A stretch of 64,000 bases of DNA from Nitrososphaerota archaeon. Lineage in GTDB: Archaea; Thermoproteota; Nitrososphaeria; Nitrososphaerales; UBA213. Shown here in pieces: positions 55,319 through 64,000 of this stretch. Under the pieces are notes generated by a model. That model had not been told where the DNA came from. It made no database searches and worked only from the letters and a program-made list of their open reading frames with translations. Made by a program: the position numbers and the translations under genes. The DNA lies in contig PAWD01000008.1 in the NCBI GenBank assembly GCA_002713325.1, positions 192,244 through 256,243 of the forward strand, written 5' to 3'. Each line of letters starts with the position of its first letter. Within the stretch, counting starts at the first letter, position 1.

Positions 55319-57378
55319 GCTCGCTTGTAGAAACCACTCTTCACCTCATAAATTGTTCCATTCCTGTTAGCTCTAGTTATAAGTGACTTCACCTCTTCCT
55401 CTGTAAACTTGTTAGTCTTTACAAGATCATCAATGAGCTGTTTACCTTCAACCGGGTTCTTGTCTGGACCTGCTAACATACTAAACGCATCATAAAACAT
55501 CTCCATCTTCGATCTCTCACTCTGTGGCATCCCATGCATTACACCTAGATCAACCTTCCCGGTTTTTACATCCACACCTACAGTGTGTAGCATATTACTG
55601 ACAAGGTAGACTGCCCGTTCCGCATCACTCACATCAACTTCATCCTTCAGAAGTAATCTAGCGCGCGCAGTAGCCAGTCTAACTAATGCCTCCAGCTGTC
55701 TCGGTGTAACCGTTATCATATCTTCTGATTCAACATTTCTCATTTGAAGATAGTAATCGAATATCTTATCTTCAGCCTCCTGGCTCAGTACTGGATCAAC
55801 ACGCTTTGAGTATGCAAGATATTTACCCAACATATCTATATCAAGAATCGGTGTTACCGCATATGTACCTCTTCTATGCATGCCAAGTATATGCCTTGCA
55901 ATTTGTGAATCAGCCTCCTTCTTTGGTTCGTCACGGATTGCAAAGACAAGGTCAAACCTAGTTAAGAGCGGAATGGGCAGATTAACATTTTCAGTTATGT
56001 TTCTAAAAGGATCATATTTTCCCAGTAGTGGGTTTGCAGCCGCAAGTATGGATGTCCTTGCATTCAACGTAGCAACTATACCTCCCTTTGCAACACTACA
56101 CGTTTGTTGTTCCATAACCTCATGCAGTGCACTTCTATCTTCAGGTTTCATCTTATCAAATTCGTCTATACATACAAGACCCTGATCTCCTAATACTACA
56201 GCACCAGCTTCAAGCATCAACATACCACTTTTATCTCGAATTACTGCAGCCGTCAATCCAGCGGCAGTGGAACCTCTTCCCGATGTATAAAGACCTCGTG
56301 GGGCAACTCTGGCAGCATACTTCAATAGTTCACTTTTAGCAGTACCCGGATCACCAACTAAAAACACGTTGATGTCTCCCCTTATTTTTGTACCATCTTC
56401 AAGTTCACGTCCAGGGGCACCTATTATCTGAAGCAATATTGCCTCCTTAATTATATCATGCCCGTAAACATGAGGTCCAACCGAAACGATCAATTTTTCA
56501 TACGCATCTTGACCGCTTGCCATACGTTTTATCTGGATTTCATCTTCAGTAGTAATTGCTAATCTTTCAGTAGTCCTAACGTCCTTATCACCAATTCTTC
56601 CACCCAAAAATTCTATGTTATTACCTTGTAACCGCAGCCTGAATAATCTGATCTTTATTTTTATATTTTCGTAATCCTGTTCTATCCTAACTATACCGGT
56701 TAAAATTATTCTATCACCAGGCCTTGCGTTGTCTACAAGGTCATGTGTTAGCATAATATCTGAATAGTGTGGCAATTGACCTGGAGGAAGATCTTCTGGC
56801 AATTCCTGCATTCGTACAATTTGAAAATCATTAAACTTGCTTTTAACAAGATCAATCTCTGCTTCATTTTGACAATCATTACAATGAGTTGTTTTTTTGA
56901 TCTCAAGATCCTTTTGTTCCACATACTGTATATGACCTTCTGGACATCTAAACGCCAGCGAATCGACCATGGGTTTTACTTCAGACGCTCTGACAACCAT
57001 ACCAGAAACACTTACTAGTTTACCGATAAGCTCTGCATCGACATCTCTTAATGTTCTCTGTCCAGGAAAGTTTCCTATTCTTATCCTTATATCATCATGG
57101 ATCTTTTCAGCATAATCCGGATGTTCTAGTTTCAGTGTAGAATAAAGCGCATCACCAAACGCATGCAAAAAGTCATCAGGTTCTTCTCTAAGCTTACCTT
57201 CCATGATGGGGCTGAACTCTGCGATATCATTGTGATCTACCAAGAGGGATTTCTGGTTAAGAGCCTTCATCTGCCCTATCCTATCCCTATACTTGTATAC
57301 TCCATTCTTGTCCCTGAAGCCTTTAAGGAAGAACTCAAGTTCCTCTGATAGTTTAGCAAGTGTCTGTTCAGCCATCAT
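55315..57378 (-). CDS. mcm: MCM replicative helicase
   Basis: Zinc motif FRCPEGH...HCNDC, Walker A GDPGTAKS, Walker B CIDEFDKM, and the arginine-finger region TRFDLVF. There are ATGA overlaps at both ends. Confidence 0.95.
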   Translation of the reverse strand: MMAEQTLAKLSEELEFFLKGFRDKNGVYKYRDRIGQMKALNQKSLLVDHNDIAEFSPIMEGKLREEPDDFLHAFGDALYSTLKLEHPDYAEKIHDDIRIRIGNFPGQRTLRDVDAELIGKLVSVSGMVVRASEVKPMVDSLAFRCPEGHIQYVEQKDLEIKKTTHCNDCQNEAEIDLVKSKFNDFQIVRMQELPEDLPPGQLPHYSDIMLTHDLVDNARPGDRIILTGIVRIEQDYENIKIKIRLFRLRLQGNNIEFLGGRIGDKDVRTTERLAITTEDEIQIKRMASGQDAYEKLIVSVGPHVYGHDIIKEAILLQIIGAPGRELEDGTKIRGDINVFLVGDPGTAKSELLKYAARVAPRGLYTSGRGSTAAGLTAAVIRDKSGMLMLEAGAVVLGDQGLVCIDEFDKMKPEDRSALHEVMEQQTCSVAKGGIVATLNARTSILAAANPLLGKYDPFRNITENVNLPIPLLTRFDLVFAIRDEPKKEADSQIARHILGMHRRGTYAVTPILDIDMLGKYLAYSKRVDPVLSQEAEDKIFDYYLQMRNVESEDMITVTPRQLEALVRLATARARLLLKDEVDVSDAERAVYLVSNMLHTVGVDVKTGKVDLGVMHGMPQSERSKMEMFYDAFSMLAGPDKNPVEGKQLIDDLVKTNKFTEEEVKSLITRANRNGTIYEVKSGFYKRA

Positions 57379-57887
57379 TTACCACCGAGAACACATTCCT
57401 TGAAATCACTTGATGCCTTATGTATCAATTGGAATAATGTTTTTTCCTCGTAGGTTAATTTTTGTTCCAGATCAGGGTTCATGGGCGCAGAACGCGCAAG
57501 GTGAATTATCTTACCCAATCTTAATAATACCAGATCTTGCATGGATATATTCAGTTTCTCTCTCTCAACACCCTTTTTAGTCTCGATGTATGTATTCAAG
57601 CGTACATAAAAGTCGGACTTTAGAGCAGAAAGATGATCTGTACCCGCTATTCTTTCTCTGCTCAGCGCACGCAGAAGGTCTACACCCATGTCCTGTACTT
57701 GAACTTCCACAATATCGTTCTCCTCGAATATACTTGCCAACCATCGGGGTATATTCTGCACGTCATTCTCTTTGGCTTCTATATTAACACTGAAGAGGTC
57801 GATTTTAGTATCCTTCTTGAATCTGACCTTAACATCTTCAAGTATATGACCTATATTATGCACTTTCGTTAATTGATTAATATCCAC
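57375..57887 (-). CDS. Probable GINS subunit (Gins23-like)
   Basis: 170 aa, lying immediately upstream of mcm and translationally coupled to it, as in crenarchaeal gins23-mcm operons. The C-terminal half is helical (FYVRLNTYIE...LRLGKIIHLA). The call rests mostly on context. Confidence 0.55.
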   Translation of the reverse strand: MDINQLTKVHNIGHILEDVKVRFKKDTKIDLFSVNIEAKENDVQNIPRWLASIFEENDIVEVQVQDMGVDLLRALSRERIAGTDHLSALKSDFYVRLNTYIETKKGVEREKLNISMQDLVLLRLGKIIHLARSAPMNPDLEQKLTYEEKTLFQLIHKASSDFKECVLGGK

Positions 57888-57973
57888 ACGTAATGTTAGC
57901 GATAGCGCACATTTAATTCTTTGATCAATAGTAAATTATTAATCAACCCAAACACGATATATGATACTCAATA

Positions 57974-58948
57974 ATGGAAATCAAAAACTTGATGTGGGTA
58001 GAGAAATATAGACCGTTAAAATTTAACGAAGTTACTAACCAGAAATCTATTGTTGATGGTATAAGGAACCTTATAGAAAGTCCAGGAGAGATGCCCAATC
58101 TGTTGTTTTCTGGACCTGCAGGTGTGGGTAAGACCACTGTTGCATTATGTATAACAAGAGAAATTTTGGGAGATTATTGGAAGGACTACACGTTGGAACT
58201 GAATGCTTCCGATGAACGGGGAATAAATATGGTTCGTGAACGCGTGAAGATGTTTGCCCGTTACACCACCATTGTTTCAAAAATACCATTTAAGATAATT
58301 ATACTTGACGAAGCAGATGAGATGACCAATGATGCACAAACAGCATTACGCCGTATAATAGAAGATAGCGCCAGATCAACTAGGTTTATTCTGATATGTA
58401 ATTATTTGTCACAAATAATAGAACCCATACAAAGCAGGTGTGTGATATTCAGGTTTACCAATTTGAAGGAAGAAGATGTAGTAAAACACTTGGAAGGTAT
58501 ATGCAAGAAGGAAGAAGTGGAGTATGATGCTAAATCACTCTCATTACTTTATGAATCTACGGGAGGTGACCTAAGGCACGCTATCAACTCATTACAAGCT
58601 GTTGCAAGCATGGGTACTGTTAATACAGTAAACGTTAGCGTAGTGATGGGAATATCTGAAAAGGAAACTGTTGGGGAAATTGTAAAACTAGCCTTAAGTG
58701 GGAAGTTTCAGGAGGCTAGAATCAAACTTATAGAATTAACAAAAGTATATGGTATGTCGGAGCGTAATTTCTTACGGTATGCGAATGAAGAAATACATAA
58801 ATTAAAAACCTTAAGCCCTGAAGTGGTTTCTGCACTGGCTGAATGTGATTACAGACTTGTCTCAGGAGCACACCCAGACATACAACTAGCATCACTATTG
58901 GCAGAACTGAGCAAGATAGGCAAGGATATGGATTTAAAGAAAAAATAA
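57974..58948 (+). CDS. rfcS: Replication factor C small subunit
   Basis: WVEKYRP, GPAGVGKTT, ILDEADEMT, and the SRC motif QSRCVIFRF. Confidence 0.93.
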   Translation: MEIKNLMWVEKYRPLKFNEVTNQKSIVDGIRNLIESPGEMPNLLFSGPAGVGKTTVALCITREILGDYWKDYTLELNASDERGINMVRERVKMFARYTTIVSKIPFKIIILDEADEMTNDAQTALRRIIEDSARSTRFILICNYLSQIIEPIQSRCVIFRFTNLKEEDVVKHLEGICKKEEVEYDAKSLSLLYESTGGDLRHAINSLQAVASMGTVNTVNVSVVMGISEKETVGEIVKLALSGKFQEARIKLIELTKVYGMSERNFLRYANEEIHKLKTLSPEVVSALAECDYRLVSGAHPDIQLASLLAELSKIGKDMDLKKK

Positions 58949-59209
58949 CCTATATTATCCAGTCTATTTCATTAAGGATACACAAACTTCTTTTATTCAT
59001 TTCTCTTTAGCACTTTCCAATATCTATATCTTCAACAATATTTTTGGTGAATATTTTTCCTCTTTGATTTCCTGTATCATTCCATATATTTCTTCTATAA
59101 ATGGAATTCCTATTGTTTCTATAACTTAAATCGTTGATTCACATATTTCCATTTCTAGGATAAGACACACGAAAACTTTTAAATCCTAACTCTACAGCAG
59201 TATATTTGC

Positions 59210-59333
59210 GCCTTGGTAGTATAGAGAGCGAGTTCATGTAAATGCTCGTAAAACCTGGCCTAGTATGTGAGCCTGTCACGCTTGCGGCCCGGGTTCAAAA
59301 GGTTGTAATGACCTGAAATTCCCGGCCAGGGCG
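59210..59333 (+). tRNA. tRNA-Asp(GUC) interrupted by two non-canonical introns (D-loop ~29 nt, T-loop ~20 nt)
   Basis: GCCTTGG-TA-GTAT-AG[59225-59253]CCTGGCCTA-GTAT-G-TGAGC-CTGTCAC-GCTTG-CGGC-CCGGG-TTCAAA[59300-59319]T-CCCGG-CCAGGGC-G. The 3' end CCCGGCCAGGGCG is typical of archaeal tRNA-Asp. The T-loop insert has an AGGT/ACCT 4-bp helix flanked by AAA and GAA. Confidence 0.75.
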
Positions 59334-59380
59334 CCTTACAGATCTAATAAATTATATCTGTAAGAATACACAAATTCCCA

Positions 59381-59602
59381 GTGAATTTTTCTAGAACAAT
59401 GATAATAATATGTTTAATAATTATAGTATTTGGTATACTATTCACTGCACAAAGCCAATCGTTAGTAGGACCTGAGAGTTCTTTCATGTACAGAAATCCA
59501 GAGTGGGCAGTAAATGGAAGTGTAATAACTATTATTGGTGTAGCTATACTTGTTGGTGGTATAACACTTAGCATTAGACGAAAAAGACTTTCTTCATCTT
59601 AA
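59381..59602 (+). CDS. Small two-TM membrane protein
   Basis: 73 aa with a GTG start, two hydrophobic helices, and a basic C-terminus. Confidence 0.35.
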   Translation: MNFSRTMIIICLIIIVFGILFTAQSQSLVGPESSFMYRNPEWAVNGSVITIIGVAILVGGITLSIRRKRLSSS

Positions 59603-59607
59603 TATTA

Positions 59608-60093
59608 TTACTCTATATCATCTAAATAGAATTCTTCACTTATTCTAAATCTGGGTTCAGCGCCATACAGTATTTCGTAAACTCTGTACATAATATTACG
59701 AGTTGAATCGTATCCTACTTCTACTATCATTCTAAATGTTTCCAGTTTATGATTTGCTATTATAGTACCTATTCCCAATTTCCCTTCCTTTATATCAGCA
59801 ACCACTCCACTGGGTATAGTTCTAACATCTATTTCCGTTGTTGCATGTACTAGATCTTTATTATTTACTCGTAAAATCACCTCTCTTTCAATTTTATAAT
59901 CGTTGATAACTTGTTTCTTCACTTCAACAGTAACGGGTGAGTCAAACAAGACACTTAATATTTGTTCCACAGTTCCAATCTCTACCAACAGGATTTTATG
60001 TGAGTTTTTCAATTTTATGTTTGCTTTTTTCTCTAACTCTTGTAATTGGAACAACACCTCTTTACCGAAATCACCCTCAACGCTTACCTTCAC
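59608..60093 (-). CDS. Chorismate lyase/UTRA-fold (DUF98-like) protein
   Basis: 161 aa. IGTVEQILSVL...REVILRV...LVHATTEI...GIGTII follows the DUF98/UbiC-like pattern. Confidence 0.5.
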   Translation of the reverse strand: MKVSVEGDFGKEVLFQLQELEKKANIKLKNSHKILLVEIGTVEQILSVLFDSPVTVEVKKQVINDYKIEREVILRVNNKDLVHATTEIDVRTIPSGVVADIKEGKLGIGTIIANHKLETFRMIVEVGYDSTRNIMYRVYEILYGAEPRFRISEEFYLDDIE

Positions 60094-60827
60094 AATATTA
60101 TACCTCTTAACACACCAAATATTACTATAACGGATATGGTTCCTATACTTAGACTCTTCAGAACCCTTTCGTAGTAATTCATCTTTACTATCAGTTGTTT
60201 CTGCGTTAACTTTCTATCATAATTACCTCTTTTCAGTTCCTTATATGGTCGTGATGTCTTGATTTCAACATAACTTACGAAACCAGTTGCAGTAGCTACC
60301 ATACCTGCAATTAACGACACATCATTGGTTTGTATGATATAACCAGCAAGCAGTGGAAGACTACCCCAGGAAAACGCAAACCAACCATCTGTATGAAATT
60401 TTCTATTGAACCATTCCATATTATATGCGAAGACAAAGAAACCTTCCGATATTGCAATCACCCATAGCAATGGAACGTAAATAACCATATAGTAAATGCC
60501 TATTGCATATGCTGGTATCAATGTGCTTAATGATAGAATCCATAGCTGTTTTTTACTAAAATAATTACCCCACGGTTTCACTTTTTTTGACCCAATACTA
60601 TCTAGGACGTGCGCTGCTATCCCCAATGCCAAGAAATAAATCAAAGCTATTATACCTGCTCTATCCCACAAGATTGTTGGAGCGAGCATGGAACCTAGTA
60701 TTGTAAATGATACACACATACCAGTGTAAGGAAGGAAGAGTAATCCTATGAAAAGTCTAAACTTTAAGGGACCAAACTTTGGTACAAACCATTCATTTAT
60801 TCTCAGAGTATCTTTCTCGTCACTCAT
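60090..60827 (-). CDS. Polytopic membrane protein of unknown function
   Basis: 245 aa with about 7 TM segments. It overlaps the DUF98 gene start by 4 nt. No canonical UbiA Asp-rich motif is seen. Confidence 0.5.
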   Translation of the reverse strand: MSDEKDTLRINEWFVPKFGPLKFRLFIGLLFLPYTGMCVSFTILGSMLAPTILWDRAGIIALIYFLALGIAAHVLDSIGSKKVKPWGNYFSKKQLWILSLSTLIPAYAIGIYYMVIYVPLLWVIAISEGFFVFAYNMEWFNRKFHTDGWFAFSWGSLPLLAGYIIQTNDVSLIAGMVATATGFVSYVEIKTSRPYKELKRGNYDRKLTQKQLIVKMNYYERVLKSLSIGTISVIVIFGVLRGIIL

Positions 60828-60987
60828 TTACAATATAATACACTCTGGTACTTGAATAGTTTTATACGAAGTAACATATCTAAGTTTTAGGCAAGTTTCT
60901 ATACGAAAAGTTCATGAATTATACTGAATTTGAAACAGATCAATATTTGGAAAAAAATATTTGAGGGATAAAGGAACAATTGATACA

Positions 60988-61473
60988 ATGAACAAAAATA
61001 ACCTACAAATCATGACTTTCGCGGCAGGTTGTTTCTGGGGGGTCGAGGAGGCATTCAGGCAGATCAATGGTGTACAATCAACGATTGTAGGTTATACTGG
61101 AGGGAAGTTCGAAAACCCTACATATGAGGATGTATGCCGTGACAAGACTGGACACGCGGAAGCTGTGCAAATACAATATGATCCAAACGAGGTTTCCTAT
61201 GAACAACTCCTTGAGTTATTCTGGTCGATTCACGATCCTACAACCAAGAACAGACAGGGATTTGACATTGGTTCACAATACCGTTCCATGATTTCTTACC
61301 ACACTCCCGAACAAGAAGCAATTGCTAAAAAGTCAAAAGAGGAACTCGAGAAATCCAGAAAATTCAAGAATGAGATCGTGACTGAAATTGTACAAGCATC
61401 AACATTTTACAAAGCTGAGGAATATCACCAGAAATACTACCAAAAAAAAGGCGGTGGCAGCTGTCATATATGA
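60988..61473 (+). CDS. msrA: Peptide-methionine (S)-S-oxide reductase
   Basis: [32 protein letters not shown] 60988 is preferred over the TTG at 60961. Confidence 0.9.
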   Translation: MNKNNLQIMTFAAGCFWGVEEAFRQINGVQSTIVGYTGGKFENPTYEDVCRDKTGHAEAVQIQYDPNEVSYEQLLELFWSIHDPTTKNRQGFDIGSQYRSMISYHTPEQEAIAKKSKEELEKSRKFKNEIVTEIVQASTFYKAEEYHQKYYQKKGGGSCHI

Positions 61474-61760
61474 AATCAACATTTAATGTTGTACCAATTA
61501 TTACACTTTAATTGTATTTGTTGATTTCTGCTAGAATGAATTTTTTGAGATACACGGTTCTTCACAAACTTAACGGAAAAAAGTAAATTTTTCATATATG
61601 GTCGTTAGAAAAAACGGAACAACTTCGATTCAGGGCGAACTTTGAACTATTTGTAATAGGAGGTAGTGAATTACCGGATGAATATCATCTAAAATAAAGT
61701 AGTAACAAACATGGGATTGAATTAAATCGTTAATATATGGAAAAATATGGTAATAGTTAG

Positions 61761-62705
61761 ATGAATATTCTAGTAACTGGAGCATCTGGTTCCATAGGTA
61801 CTGTTTTGGTAGATCGCCTTGTGAGAAATGGCCATGAGGTAACATGTTTGATTAGAGATGGTAGAAAGAGATCAAAAATAAATATCGGTGCTAATTTCAT
61901 AATTGCCGATATAACTGATAGGGAAAAATTACTTCAATCCATGAATAATATCAACGTTGACGCATTATTCCATTTAGCAGCTATAAATCCATTGGAAAGG
62001 GACAAGAAATTACAGAACAGGGTAAACATTGATGGAATGAAAAACATTATTGATGTATGTATGAAAAATAATGTAAAATTATTGGTTTATGCACAGGGAA
62101 TAGGTGTATATGGAGATACTAAAGGTGAATGGATCGATGAGTCTGTACCAAAAAACCCAGATACGTATTTTACAAAGAAAAGACACGAAGCTGAACAGAT
62201 GTTATGGAAGACAAACATGGATAACGGATTACCGGTTACTGTAACAGTTCTAGGCGATGTGTATGGACCTTCAGGATGGTTTGCAGATATAATTATTGAT
62301 AAAATTAGAAATGGTTCTTTTAAGATTCCAGGATCTGGAGATTATTATAGAAGCTTTATCCATGTAGATGATGTTGCAAATGCATTAGCGCTCATAGCAG
62401 AGAAGAATGCAAAGAATAACACGTATATAATAACAGATGACGAACCGGTTTCATTTGCTGAATTCGTGTATTATGTTGCAGATCGCATGGGCTTGAAGAA
62501 ACCGGGTAAGGTTCCAACATTACTTGCTAAAGCTATTCTAGGTTCTGATATGGTAAAACTACTTACACATTCTGTAAAAACCAGAAACAGAAAGACAAAG
62601 AACGAACTTGGATTAAATTTACAATATCCAACATATAAAGAAGGTGTTGTAGATATTTTGCAGAAAATGTTATTACTTAAGGAGCGAGAACCAGAGCCAT
62701 CTTAA
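61761..62705 (+). CDS. NAD-dependent epimerase/dehydratase (extended SDR)
   Basis: ILVTGASGSIGTVL. The size fits the family. Confidence 0.85.
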   Translation: MNILVTGASGSIGTVLVDRLVRNGHEVTCLIRDGRKRSKINIGANFIIADITDREKLLQSMNNINVDALFHLAAINPLERDKKLQNRVNIDGMKNIIDVCMKNNVKLLVYAQGIGVYGDTKGEWIDESVPKNPDTYFTKKRHEAEQMLWKTNMDNGLPVTVTVLGDVYGPSGWFADIIIDKIRNGSFKIPGSGDYYRSFIHVDDVANALALIAEKNAKNNTYIITDDEPVSFAEFVYYVADRMGLKKPGKVPTLLAKAILGSDMVKLLTHSVKTRNRKTKNELGLNLQYPTYKEGVVDILQKMLLLKEREPEPS

Positions 62706-63520
62706 CTTCCTTCGATTTTATCTTATATTTACATTGTAGTTACACTTCTTTAGCTTGATCACCAATCTATTGGTAAAATATACGGAGACATCTTACAAAA
62801 CAAATTCGTTTAGAAATTTCATACAATTAAGTAATTTGATTTCTATAATGTCTTCTTCGGTAGAGAAGAAAACCAATAATACCAACTAGAAATATAACTG
62901 CTATTAGTATTGCTATAATCTCATTCATTGGAACTATATCAATTACAAACCTTGTAATCTATTTTTATCTAACCAAAATAAACTTTCGCAATAATAACTA
63001 GCTTTAAAACAAATTCTTTTTATAATCGCAGATTTTATTTGACTTAATGACAAATAATGAATATTTATGTTCTATCTGTAGAACGAAGTTAGTAGAACAT
63101 TCTGAAGTACAAAAGAACATATGCAAAACTATCTTTACAAAGGAATTCGCTAATAATTGCATAGGATTTATTGAATAACTATTCTCTGACACTGCATAAT
63201 TATTATAATATGGATAAAGGAGAGAAGAATTGTCCTATATGTGGTTGTACAAAACATATGTACATTGGATGTATCATTCATTGGTTGTTTCATAAGAATG
63301 ATGATGAGAAAAATCAAGTAGATTGATTTGATTACTGTTTATCTTGAATTCTTGTCATAATTTCGTGGTAAAGATTCTGCCCAAAAATCCTAACAATATA
63401 TCTGTAGTATTATACCTACACTTGCCAGAAGATTGACTAGAGTTAAGATTCTGGGAAATTACATAAATCTTCACTCAGTTAATTATTATTCAATATTTGA
63501 ATTGCTGTTTGAAACCAATA

Positions 63521-64000
63521 TCATGTTTGTAGTTTCAGCCCAGTTGTCTCTACTATATCATCCAGTACTCTTCTATTTGCTGCAGCGATAAAGGATAGCC
63601 GTGAATCACTGTCAAGATCAGCTTCCAATTGTTTACCATCTTCCGCTATTAGTATCCCTCCTGCTTCTTTTACGATCAAATACGCTGCTGCCATATCGGT
63701 TATCCTGATCTTGTTTCGTATGTCGATGAAGACATCCATCAATCCCCTTGCAAATATACATAATTCTAAAGCATTTGCACCCATATGTCTCACATGGTTT
63801 GATTTTGACAGTACCGGTTTCAACAACTCAATCTTTTGTGGTTCAGCACCAGACACATTCATACCAACCACATATCTATTCTCTTCAAATTTCTCTTTTA
63901 CATGTATCTTCACACCATTGAAAAATGCACCTTTACCCTTGGTTGCAGAATAAATATCACCAGAAAATAGGTCCATCACAATACTATGCTTTATAGCACT
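63521..64000 (-). CDS. Inositol monophosphatase/FBPase-family protein; the 5' end lies outside the window
   Basis: ATKGKGAFFNG, HMGANALELC, ITDMAAAYLIVKEAGG. The frame stays open upstream of the listed Met as far as base 64000. Confidence 0.85.
   Translation of the reverse strand, partial: SAIKHSIVMDLFSGDIYSATKGKGAFFNGVKIHVKEKFEENRYVVGMNVSGAEPQKIELLKPVLSKSNHVRHMGANALELCIFARGLMDVFIDIRNKIRITDMAAAYLIVKEAGGILIAEDGKQLEADLDSDSRLSFIAAANRRVLDDIVETTGLKLQT

Noticed and set aside
61630-61845. A 71-aa minus-strand ORF overlapping the epimerase gene start.
   Set aside because: It overlaps a strongly supported gene, and the translation has no recognisable features.

Overview
This is an AT-rich, gene-dense archaeal chromosomal segment with about 80 protein genes and 3 tRNAs. 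No rRNA, CRISPR array, transposase or integrase is visible. The content is mostly housekeeping.

Replication and transcription genes: orc1/cdc6 next to a predicted origin; a gins-mcm-hel308 operon divergent from the RFC small subunit gene; PCNA, TFS, Rpo11 and a type IA topoisomerase.

Other core functions: thermosome, aIF-1A, TyrRS, SHMT, aspartate kinase, IlvE, GGGP synthase and a thiolase/DUF35 pair. Cobamide-related genes (cbiE, cbiH, cbtBA, an MtrA-like protein) and sugar-modification/N-glycosylation genes are also present.

Several traits together suggest a low-GC TACK archaeon, probably a Nitrosopumilales-like thaumarchaeon: a single-domain parvulin, CbtAB, F420-type enzymes, and the fact that all three tRNAs carry introns, two of them at non-canonical positions. 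This placement is inference only.

I found no convincing defence island or mobile element. The items most worth a second look are:
- the origin region, with ORB-like dyads, a dense unexplained GTGTTAAC array, and three small wHTH/HTH genes beside it;
- a tRNA-Asp split by two non-canonical introns, and a tRNA-Leu with an intron in the anticodon stem;
- a rhomboid protease fused to an alpha-crystallin (HSP20) domain;
- a soluble MtrA-like corrinoid protein gene coupled to a PPOX gene;
- a VWA gene killed by four in-frame stops with no frameshift;
- a RecA-fold paralogue without a P-loop;
- in-frame perfect tandem repeats in topA and in a membrane wHTH gene;
- a strongly G-depleted 300-nt spacer.

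All functional calls rest on motifs I recognised by eye in the supplied translations or in my own hand translations. No database search was run. Start codons are often uncertain because many ORF-track starts are TTG or GTG.
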